Assembly: GCA_040219085.1 (NCBI GenBank)
Contig: JAVJTC010000007.1
Span: forward strand, 3,995-67,994
Reading direction: 5' to 3'
Length of the DNA: 64,000 nt
Source: Acidimicrobiales bacterium
GTDB lineage: Bacteria; Actinomycetota; Acidimicrobiia; Acidimicrobiales; JAVJTC01
Part shown: positions 38,230 through 46,070 of the stretch, in pieces
Position numbering within the stretch: the first letter of the stretch is position 1
Layout of the letters: each line of letters opens with the position of its first letter
The notes under the pieces: model-generated
What the model was told of the DNA's origin: nothing
Databases searched by the model: none
The model's input: only the letters and a program-made list of their open reading frames with translations
Made by a program: the position numbers and the translations under genes

Positions 38230-38867
38230 TGGCCACCGCCACGATGGACCCGGGCACGACCGCTCCGCCGCCGGGTCGATTCCTCGCCCCGATTCTGCCC
38301 CGTCGACGGACGCTGCTCGTCGCCACTGCGCTCGGTTCGGGCGCCACCATCATGTTCTTCGCGGGGATGCTGGGGGTCTACCTCTCCGAGCGGGCCGACT
38401 TCCTGCGTGACAATCCCGGAGGCAGCTGGATCCCGTCGTCGGTGACGGTGGAGCTCACCGCTCCGTCGGTCATCGCCTGGACGCTGCTGTTGTCGGTGGT
38501 GACGATGCAGTGGGCCGTGTACTCCGCAGCACGCGACGACCGACCCCACACGCTCATCGCAACCTCGGTGACGGCCCTGTTCGGCGTGGCCGTGATCAAC
38601 CAGTTCGTGTTCCTCTACAAGCAACTCGGACTCGAGATCGACGCAGGTGGCGTCAGCACCGCTCCGGTTCTCATCTACGCCGTGACAGGCACGTTCCTGT
38701 TGATCCTCGTGGTCGCACTCACCCTGCTCGCGACCATGTCGTTCCGGGCCCTGGCCGGTGGAGACCTCCGGTCCCACGTCGACGGCATGGCCGCGGCGTC
38801 GCTGTACTGGTACGTGATGGTCTTCGTCTACATGATCGTCTGGGTGGCGATCTTCATAACCAAGTAG
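38229..38867 (+). CDS. Cytochrome c oxidase subunit III-like membrane protein (divergent paralog)
   Basis: TGATG overlap with the upstream gene. Five TM helices. The C-terminus AAASLYWYVMVFVYMIVWVAIF compares with canonical CtaE VGLYWHFVDIVWIVIF. Confidence 0.65.
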   Translation: MATATMDPGTTAPPPGRFLAPILPRRRTLLVATALGSGATIMFFAGMLGVYLSERADFLRDNPGGSWIPSSVTVELTAPSVIAWTLLLSVVTMQWAVYSAARDDRPHTLIATSVTALFGVAVINQFVFLYKQLGLEIDAGGVSTAPVLIYAVTGTFLLILVVALTLLATMSFRALAGGDLRSHVDGMAAASLYWYVMVFVYMIVWVAIFITK

Positions 38868-38872
38868 CTGCC

Positions 38873-39745
38873 ATGTTGACTCACGGATTCAAACTCTTCT
38901 TCGGCTTCACGGCGATCGCCGTGGTCGCCGCCATCATCTACGGCGTCGCGAGCGGTGACACGACGGCGGGGAACTACCTCGGCGTGGTCGACCGCCAGGC
39001 GTGGAAGGGCGCCATCAGCCTCGGTTGGCAGGGCGGCGTCGGCGATCACACGGGCTACGTCATCCTCTGGCTCCTCGCCATCTCCGGCGGTGTCGTCGCG
39101 CTGGTCCTCGCCTACTGCCGTGACGCGGACCCCGACGCCGTCGCCGAGGTCATGCAGACCGACGGCGTACCTCCGGCCCAGGCCCCCACCCGCCCGGACG
39201 CCTGGCCCCTGATCGGCGCTCTCGCCGTCGGTGTCACGATCATCGGTCTCGTCACCCACGCGGCCATCTTCGTCATCGGTGTGATCCTGCTGGGCGTGGT
39301 CGCCCTGGAGTTGATCCTGTCCACCTGGGCCGACCGGGCCACCGGCGACCCCGCCACCAACGCCGAGATTCGGGGCCGCGTGGCCCGTCCGATCGAGGTC
39401 CCGGTGCTGGGGGCCGCTGCGATCGCCGTCGTCGTGCTGGGCGGATCGCAGGTCATGCTCGCCGTGAGCAAGGCCGCAGCCGTGTGGGTCCTGACGGGTG
39501 TCGCGACGGTCGTCTTCGTCGGTGCCATAGCGCTGGCGGCGATGCCCAAGCTCAGCCGGCCGATCATCGGCGGTGCGGTGGCCCTCATCGTCGTGGCCTC
39601 TGTCGTCGGCGGCATCGTCGGCGCAGTCGTGGGCATCCGCGACATCGAAGAGCACCACGACGAGGAGCATTCCGAGGAGATCGAAGAGGATGCGGCGGCC
39701 GTCGGGGTGGCCGATCTCGTCGGCACCGTGGAGGACGAGTCGTGA
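38873..39745 (+). CDS. Polytopic membrane protein of unknown family with an acidic C-terminal tail
   Basis: About seven hydrophobic segments. The tail is RDIEEHHDEEHSEEIEEDAAAV..VEDES. It starts 5 nt after the upstream stop, and its own stop overlaps the ctaC GTG (GTGA). Confidence 0.6.
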   Translation: MLTHGFKLFFGFTAIAVVAAIIYGVASGDTTAGNYLGVVDRQAWKGAISLGWQGGVGDHTGYVILWLLAISGGVVALVLAYCRDADPDAVAEVMQTDGVPPAQAPTRPDAWPLIGALAVGVTIIGLVTHAAIFVIGVILLGVVALELILSTWADRATGDPATNAEIRGRVARPIEVPVLGAAAIAVVVLGGSQVMLAVSKAAAVWVLTGVATVVFVGAIALAAMPKLSRPIIGGAVALIVVASVVGGIVGAVVGIRDIEEHHDEEHSEEIEEDAAAVGVADLVGTVEDES

Positions 39746-41061
39746 GCAACGCGTCCTCGCGTCATCGCGCGGCGTCTGCCGACTTGGCGCACCGGGTTGA
39801 CGAGGTCCACACTGCGGATGTGCCTCCCCGTCGACGTCCCATCGGCCGGACCGCTGCCCTCGTGGCGACCGTCGCCCTTCTGGCCACGGCCTGCGGCAAC
39901 AAGCCCCTCGACACCTTCGATGATCAGGGTCCGGCAGCCCGCGATATCAACAGCGTGATCCTGCCCGTGTTCGGCATCGCGATCATCGTCCTGATTCTGG
40001 TCTCCGGTGCGATCCTGTTCACGGCCTGGCGCAACCGGGTCTCCGCCAAGGACGCCGAGGCCGCTGCCCTGGCCAACGGCACCGATGCCGACCCGACGGG
40101 CCTCTACGGCGACGACGAGTTCCCCGAGCAGGTCCATGGCAACACCACGCTGGAGATCGGCTGGACGGTGATTCCCACGGTGATCCTCTCGGTCGTCGCC
40201 GTGTTCACGCTCATCGGGATCTTCAAACTGAACGACGTCAGCGCGGACGAAGGGGACCTGCGGGTGACCATCGTCGGCCAGCAGTGGTGGTGGGAGTACC
40301 AGTACCACCTCGACGGCGATACCGACACGCCGCCGGACTTCGTCAACGCGAACGAGCTCGTCATCCCCGCCGGCCAGCAGGTTCCGCTGGTGGTCACCAG
40401 CCGCGACGTCATCCACTCGTGGTGGATCCCCCAGCTCAACGGCAAGCGCGACGCGCTCCCCCTGGGGACCTCGCCCTGGACGATCGAGGCCGACGACCCG
40501 GGCCGCTACAAGGGCGTCTGCACCGAGTTCTGTGGACTCTCGCACGCGTACATGCGCATGTTCACCATCGCCCTCTCCCCCGAGGACTGGGACGCGTGGG
40601 CGGAGAACCAGATCCTGCCCGCCACCGTCCCCGAAGTCGGAACACCCGAGGACGCCGGTTGGCAGATCTACCAGGCCAACTGCGCCCAGTGCCACGTCAT
40701 CACCGGACTGACCGACACGAACCTCGACGGCGAGATCGACGACTGGGACATCTACGACGGGCCCAACCAGATCAGCCCGGCACTGCTCTCGGGCGCGGCG
40801 CCGAACCTCACCCACTTCGCCAGCCGGACCACCTACGCGGGATCGATCTTCGACCTCTACGTGGACCGGGCCGAGGGGAGCGACTACCTCGACGTGGCGG
40901 CCGAGGGCGACGTCGACGTCGGCCAGCTCACGGCGTGGTTGCGCAACGCTCCCGCCGAGAAGGCCAACCGTTGGCAGGACGGGCGCGGCATGCCGGCGTT
41001 CACCAACCTGACGCCCGACGACATCACCAACCTGATCGCCTTCCTCACGAGCCTCGACTGA
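39742..41061 (+). CDS. ctaC: Cytochrome c oxidase subunit II with fused cytochrome c domain (caa3-type)
   Basis: Lipobox LLATAC, the CuA site HSWWIP...CTEFCGLSHAYM, and C-terminal heme motif CAQCH with ..GMPAF. Confidence 0.9.
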   Translation: MSNASSRHRAASADLAHRVDEVHTADVPPRRRPIGRTAALVATVALLATACGNKPLDTFDDQGPAARDINSVILPVFGIAIIVLILVSGAILFTAWRNRVSAKDAEAAALANGTDADPTGLYGDDEFPEQVHGNTTLEIGWTVIPTVILSVVAVFTLIGIFKLNDVSADEGDLRVTIVGQQWWWEYQYHLDGDTDTPPDFVNANELVIPAGQQVPLVVTSRDVIHSWWIPQLNGKRDALPLGTSPWTIEADDPGRYKGVCTEFCGLSHAYMRMFTIALSPEDWDAWAENQILPATVPEVGTPEDAGWQIYQANCAQCHVITGLTDTNLDGEIDDWDIYDGPNQISPALLSGAAPNLTHFASRTTYAGSIFDLYVDRAEGSDYLDVAAEGDVDVGQLTAWLRNAPAEKANRWQDGRGMPAFTNLTPDDITNLIAFLTSLD

Positions 41062-41110
41062 CCATGAACTGGTACCTGGGAGCCCCGCAGATGCACCGGA
41101 GAGACGCCTG

Positions 41111-43138
41111 ATGGCGATCACCGAAGAACCCCTCCAGCTGACGACCGGCGACACGGTCGCCACGGTCGAACGCCCGATGGGCGCGCTCACCCGGCCCCAC
41201 GGGGACAAGGGTTGGCGCAGCTGGCTGTTCACCGTCGACCACAAGCGCATCGGCATCATGTACGGCGCCGTGTCGATCTTCTTCTTCGTCGTGGGCGGCA
41301 TCCAGGCCCTGATCATCCGCCTCCAGCTCGCCCGTCCCGAGGGTCGTATCGTCTCGGAGGACCTGTACAACCAGCTGTTCACCATGCACGGCGTCACGAT
41401 GCTGTTCCTTGTGGGCATCCCACTCGGTGCCGCCTTCGCCAACTACCTGTTGCCGTTGCAGATCGGTGCGCGTGACGTCGCCTTCCCGCGTCTCAACGCC
41501 TTCAGTTTCTGGTGCTTCCTGTTCGGCGCGCTGTTCCTCAACTCGTCGTGGTTCCTCGGCGGGGCGCCCGACGGTGGCTGGTTCGCGTACGCGCCGAACA
41601 CGGGCGTCGCGTTCTCGCCGAGCGACGGAATGACGTTCTACGCGCTGGGACTCCAGATCCTCGGTATCGCATCGCTCGTCTCGGCGGTCAACCTGATCAC
41701 GACGGTGCTCAACATGCGGGCGCCCGGCATGTCCATGTTCAAGATGCCGATCTTCACGTGGATGATGCTCGTCGTGCAGTTCCTGCTGCTGTTCGCCATG
41801 CCGGTCATCGCGGTGGCGCTGTTCTTCTTGACCTTCGACCGCCTCTACGACGCCAACTTCTTCAACGTCGCCGCCGGCGCCGATCCGCTGCTGTGGCAGC
41901 ACCTCTTCTGGATCTTCGGTCACCCCGAGGTCTACATCCTCATCCTTCCCGCCTTCGGCGTGATCTCCGAGATCATCCCGACCTTCAGCCGAAAGCCGAT
42001 CTTCGGTTACCCGTTCATGGTGTTCTCCGGCATCGTCATCGGCTTCATGGGCTGGGGCGTGTGGGCCCACCACATGTTCACGTCGGGCATCGGCCCGGTG
42101 TCGGTGGCCGCGTTCAGCCTCTCGACGATGTTCATCGCGGTGCCCACCGGCGTGAAGGTGCTCAACTGGGTCGCGACGATGTGGGGTGGTCGCCTCCGCT
42201 TCACCACGGCGATGCTGTTCGCTTCGTCTGTCGTGGCCATGTTCACGATCGGCGGCTTGTCGGGCGTGACCCACGCGGTCGCTCCGGCGGACACCCAGCA
42301 GACCGACACCTACTACATCGTCGCCCACTTCCATTACGTGATCTTCGGCGGCATCATCCTCGGGCTCTTCGGCGGCCTGTACTTCTGGTGGCCCAAGATG
42401 TTCGGCCACATGTTGAACGAGAAGCTCGGCAAGGCCAACTTCTGGACCATGCTGATCGGCTTCAACCTGACCTTCTTCCCGATGCACATCCTGGGCCTGC
42501 AGGGAATGGCGCGGCGCTACCACACATACTCGGCCGAGGATGGTTTCGGGGCGCTCAACCTGTTGGTCTCGATCGGGTCGTTCGTCATCGCCCTCAGCGT
42601 CGTCTTCTTCGTGATCAACATCCTCTACAGCCGCAAGAAGGCGAAGACGTCGCCGCCGCCGGGACCGGACCCATGGGACGCGCGCAGCCTCGAATGGAGC
42701 GTCGCGTCGCCGACCCCGGTCCACAACTTCGACACGATCCCGACGGTGGAGCACCAGGACGACTGGTGGCACCGCAAGTACGGGTACGACGAGAACGGCA
42801 AGGTCGTCCGCCTGGCCTCGGCGGCCGAGATCGCCCAGAAGGGTGACAGGACCGACGTTCATCTGCCGTCGCCGTCGTACTGGCCGCTCGTCCTCGCCGG
42901 AGCGCTCCCGGTTCTCGCGTACGCCCTGATGTACTCGCTGTGGCTGCTCGTCCCGGCGGGCCTGCTCATCGTCGCGTCGCTGTTCGGTTGGGCGCTCGAG
43001 CCCGTCGACGATCCGGATGTGCCCCATGGGGGCCACGGCGGCGATGGTCATGGTGGCCCCGACGGCGATCCCGACGGCGACGTGACGGCGGCGCTCGACG
43101 AGGCCTCGACCACCGAGGAGGGCGCTCCCGTTGGCTGA
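41111..43138 (+). CDS. ctaD: Cytochrome c oxidase subunit I (with an approximately 100-aa C-terminal extension: 2 TM plus a His/Asp-rich tail)
   Basis: All ligands are present: FTMHG, WIFGHPEVY, WAHHMF and VAHFHYV. The extension is SYWPLVLAGALPVLAYALMYSLWLLVPAGLLIVASLFGWALEP...HGGHGGDGHGG. Confidence 0.95.
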   Translation: MAITEEPLQLTTGDTVATVERPMGALTRPHGDKGWRSWLFTVDHKRIGIMYGAVSIFFFVVGGIQALIIRLQLARPEGRIVSEDLYNQLFTMHGVTMLFLVGIPLGAAFANYLLPLQIGARDVAFPRLNAFSFWCFLFGALFLNSSWFLGGAPDGGWFAYAPNTGVAFSPSDGMTFYALGLQILGIASLVSAVNLITTVLNMRAPGMSMFKMPIFTWMMLVVQFLLLFAMPVIAVALFFLTFDRLYDANFFNVAAGADPLLWQHLFWIFGHPEVYILILPAFGVISEIIPTFSRKPIFGYPFMVFSGIVIGFMGWGVWAHHMFTSGIGPVSVAAFSLSTMFIAVPTGVKVLNWVATMWGGRLRFTTAMLFASSVVAMFTIGGLSGVTHAVAPADTQQTDTYYIVAHFHYVIFGGIILGLFGGLYFWWPKMFGHMLNEKLGKANFWTMLIGFNLTFFPMHILGLQGMARRYHTYSAEDGFGALNLLVSIGSFVIALSVVFFVINILYSRKKAKTSPPPGPDPWDARSLEWSVASPTPVHNFDTIPTVEHQDDWWHRKYGYDENGKVVRLASAAEIAQKGDRTDVHLPSPSYWPLVLAGALPVLAYALMYSLWLLVPAGLLIVASLFGWALEPVDDPDVPHGGHGGDGHGGPDGDPDGDVTAALDEASTTEEGAPVG

Positions 43139-43754
43139 CGCGACGATCTCGGCGCCCGCAGCGGCGACCGATCACCACGACGATCATCCGCCCACGACCA
43201 CCGGCATGTCCAACACGAAGTTGGCCATGTGGTTGTTCCTCGGCTCGGAGTGCCTGCTCTTCGGCGCCCTGATTTCGACCTACATTCTCAACAAGTCCCG
43301 CCTACCCGAAGGTGAACTGGGACCCGAGGACGTCTTCGACATCCCGTTCACGTCGGTCTCGTCGTTCGTCCTGCTCATGAGTTCGCTCACGATGGTGCTG
43401 GCGGTGTCGAACATCACACGGGGCGACCTCGAGCGGTTCCGTATCTGGGTCGCCACCACCGCGATCCTCGGCGGGGCCTTCGTTGCCAGCCAGGTCTACG
43501 AGTTCACCGTCTTCTACGAAGAAGGCCTCGGCTACACCACCAACATCTTCAGCTCGAGCTTCTTCACCCTCACCGGGTTCCACGGCGCCCACGTGATCAT
43601 CGGCATCATCATGTTGATGTCGCTGCTCGTGCTGTCCAACCAGGGCCGACTCGGTCAGCAGAACGCCGAAACGGTCGAGATCGTCGGCTTGTACTGGCAC
43701 TTCGTCGACATCGTCTGGATCGTCATCTTCACGCTCATCTACCTGTTCCCCTGA
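43131..43754 (+). CDS. ctaE: Cytochrome c oxidase subunit III
   Basis: LAMWLFLGSECLLFGALI, FTLTGFHGAHVIIG and LYWHFVDIVW. The start is TTG 43131 or an internal ATG about 43206. Confidence 0.9.
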   Translation: MADATISAPAAATDHHDDHPPTTTGMSNTKLAMWLFLGSECLLFGALISTYILNKSRLPEGELGPEDVFDIPFTSVSSFVLLMSSLTMVLAVSNITRGDLERFRIWVATTAILGGAFVASQVYEFTVFYEEGLGYTTNIFSSSFFTLTGFHGAHVIIGIIMLMSLLVLSNQGRLGQQNAETVEIVGLYWHFVDIVWIVIFTLIYLFP

Positions 43755-43794
43755 TCCCGCCACCCAGTCCGAACACCACCAGGCAGGAAACGAA

Positions 43795-44127
43795 ATGACC
43801 GCCACCGACGTCGAGCACGCTGAAAGCCACGAGGACGGCCACGCGCATCCCTCGGACTGGGACTACGCGCGTATCGCACTGATCCTGGGTGTCCTCACGG
43901 CCATCGAGGTCTTCACGTACTTCGAGTCGGTTCACAATCTCGGCACGAACGCGCTGCGGGTGATCCTGGTCGTGTTGATGGTGCTGAAGTTCGTCTACGT
44001 CGGTGCATGGTTCATGCACCTCAAGTTCGACAAGCCGATCCTGCGCAACCTCTTCGTCATGGGGCTGAGTCTCTCGTTGCTCGTGTACCTGGGGATGTTG
44101 ACGGCGTTCCGGGTCTGGCCCACCTGA
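43795..44127 (+). CDS. ctaF: Cytochrome c oxidase subunit IV (prokaryotic COX4/CtaF type)
   Basis: About 110 aa with three TM helices. LVVLMVLKFVYVGAWFMHLKFD is typical of COX4_pro. Confidence 0.8.
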   Translation: MTATDVEHAESHEDGHAHPSDWDYARIALILGVLTAIEVFTYFESVHNLGTNALRVILVVLMVLKFVYVGAWFMHLKFDKPILRNLFVMGLSLSLLVYLGMLTAFRVWPT

Positions 44128-44128
44128 C

Positions 44129-45115
44129 GTGACCGCCCTGCTCGCTGCCGACGTCGACGTCTGGGAGTTCGAGCTCCACCCCGAGGTGTGGCTGATCGTC
44201 GCCGCCGCGATCGGGATCGGCTGGTATGTCGTGAAGGTGATCGCGCCCCACGCCGTGCCGGCGGGCACCCCGGCGGTCACCACCGCCCAGAAGCGCTACT
44301 TCGTCGCGGCCCTCGCGGCGCTCTACATCGCGTCCGCGTGGCCTGTCCACGACATCGCCGAGGAGTACCTCTACTCGGTGCACATGATCCAGCACCTGCT
44401 GATCACCTTCGTCGTGCCGCCCCTGTTCCTCCTCGCGACCCCGACGTGGCTGGCCCGCCTCGTCGTCAGCGAGGACGGTGAGTCCGGTGTCTGGGTCAGG
44501 CGGCTGGCGCACCCGGTCGTCGCGGGAGTCCTGTTCAACGCGGTGATCGCGCTCACGCACCTGCCGTGGGTGGTCAACACCTCCGTCGAGAACGGCCCTT
44601 TCCACTACTTCGTCCATCTCGCGGCGTTCGCTGTGGCCATGCTGATGTGGATCCCCGTGGCCGGGCCTCTACCGGAGCTCCGACTCAGCCTGCCCGGGCA
44701 GATGATCTTCCTGTTCACGATGTCGATCATCCCGACCGTGCCCGCAGGGTTCCTCACCTTCGCCGAGGGCGCTCTGTACGACTCCTATGATCACGACGTC
44801 CGCCTGTGGGGAGTGTCGATCCAGACAGACCAGCAGACCGCCGGGCTGATCATGAAGGTGGTCGGTGGGTTGTTCCTGTGGACCATCATCGCCATCTTGT
44901 TCTTCCGCTGGGCGAAGCAGCACGAAGCGCCGCGGCGACCGGGACGGACGGTCGCGTCCGGTGCGGCGGTGGGCGAGTCGGCGGACTCAACCGGGTCATC
45001 TCCGCCCCCAGAGCGGACCGGATCGGACGCGCTGACGTTCGACGAGGTGGAGCGGGCGTTCCGCGAGTCGGGCCCTGCGCCCGTCGAGCAGGGGCGGGCA
45101 ACCGGCGACGGGTGA
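44129..45115 (+). CDS. ctaG: Cytochrome c oxidase assembly factor CtaG (Bacillus type, Caa3_CtaG)
   Basis: YSVHMIQHLLITFVVPPLFLLATP, polytopic, in the terminal position of the cta operon. Confidence 0.8.
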   Translation: MTALLAADVDVWEFELHPEVWLIVAAAIGIGWYVVKVIAPHAVPAGTPAVTTAQKRYFVAALAALYIASAWPVHDIAEEYLYSVHMIQHLLITFVVPPLFLLATPTWLARLVVSEDGESGVWVRRLAHPVVAGVLFNAVIALTHLPWVVNTSVENGPFHYFVHLAAFAVAMLMWIPVAGPLPELRLSLPGQMIFLFTMSIIPTVPAGFLTFAEGALYDSYDHDVRLWGVSIQTDQQTAGLIMKVVGGLFLWTIIAILFFRWAKQHEAPRRPGRTVASGAAVGESADSTGSSPPPERTGSDALTFDEVERAFRESGPAPVEQGRATGDG

Positions 45116-45139
45116 TCGGCGAGGGTGCCGGTCGCCGGT
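45101..45139 (+). terminator. 9-bp inverted repeat spanning the ctaG stop codon (possible operon terminator)
   Basis: ACCGGCGAC-(21 nt)-GTCGCCGGT. The U-tract is weak. Confidence 0.3.
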
Positions 45140-45316
45140 CCTGTTCGATGCCATGTAGTCAGCTAGCTACGCTGCGTGGCAGTTCGTCCACGTCGGTGTT
45201 GTTCGTGTTGCTACTGGGGGAGCCGGGGGAATAGTGGGCCTTGCGGCTCATGTCGAACGACCTATATCGTCTCCCAGTGCTGTCGACCGGCAGCCCCTAC
45301 GTCACTCTGAGTAGGG

Positions 45317-46024
45317 ATGACCAGCGGGATGGGACCGATGAGGCCACCGGAACTCAGTGACGTCACGTTCCGTCCTGCAGCTGACGCGGCTGAACGCGAC
45401 CGTGGTCGCCGCCTGCAGGCCGCCGTCTACCGGTCGCGTGGTTTCGTCACGGGCATGGAGCCGGGGGCCATGCTCGTCGACGACTACGTCGAGATCGCCA
45501 CCTACTTCGTCGCGGTCACCGGCGGCGGTGAGATCATCGGCTCGGCGCGTCTCATTCCAGGCGAGTTGGTCGTCCCGCCGACCCTGAACACCTTCCACCT
45601 CGATCCGCCCTCGCGGGAGATGGTCCGTACGGTGGGCCTCGACCGGATCGCCGAGGTCGCCTCCCTCGCAACGGATCCCACCGCCCCCTATCCGTCGTTC
45701 GGCGTATCCGCCGGCTTGTACCGGGCGATGCTCCACCACTCATTGGGCTCCGGCCGCCGCCACGACGTCTGGGTCGCTGCGGTGGAACCGGCGCTCCTGC
45801 GCATCCTCCACCGGGTGATGCGCATCCCACTCGACGTCATCGGGGACCCGGGCCCCTACTTCGGCGCTGAGCGGACACCCATCCGCATCGACCTCGTTCC
45901 GGGAATGACCCACGTCCGCCGCCACGAACCGGAGGTGTGGGACTTCTTCCAGACGGGAATGGTCATCGACCTCACGAGGTCGGATGCGCCCGCTGCCGCC
46001 CGCGCCGACCGCACCGAGGGCTGA
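45317..46024 (+). CDS. GNAT-fold N-acyltransferase resembling N-acyl amino acid synthase (FeeM) / autoinducer-synthase-like proteins
   Basis: About 235 aa. AAERDRGRRLQAAVYRSRGFV..., ..YFVAV..GEIIGSARLI.. and ..IAEVASLA.. match my memory of the FeeM / exosortase-associated acyltransferase layout. This has not been verified by HMM. Confidence 0.4.
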   Translation: MTSGMGPMRPPELSDVTFRPAADAAERDRGRRLQAAVYRSRGFVTGMEPGAMLVDDYVEIATYFVAVTGGGEIIGSARLIPGELVVPPTLNTFHLDPPSREMVRTVGLDRIAEVASLATDPTAPYPSFGVSAGLYRAMLHHSLGSGRRHDVWVAAVEPALLRILHRVMRIPLDVIGDPGPYFGAERTPIRIDLVPGMTHVRRHEPEVWDFFQTGMVIDLTRSDAPAAARADRTEG

Positions 46025-46070
46025 CGGAGTCCGGGGTCGGCTGTGGCACAGTCACGCAACCGCCATCCTC

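Noticed and set aside
45149-45235. 28-codon ORF MPCSQLATLRGSSSTSVLFVLLLGEPGE in the ctaG-acyltransferase spacer
   Set aside because: Its codon usage (CTA, TTG, AGT, TGT) is atypical for this genome, there is no Shine-Dalgarno sequence, and nothing is available to check conservation. It is probably a chance ORF in a locally AT-richer intergenic region.
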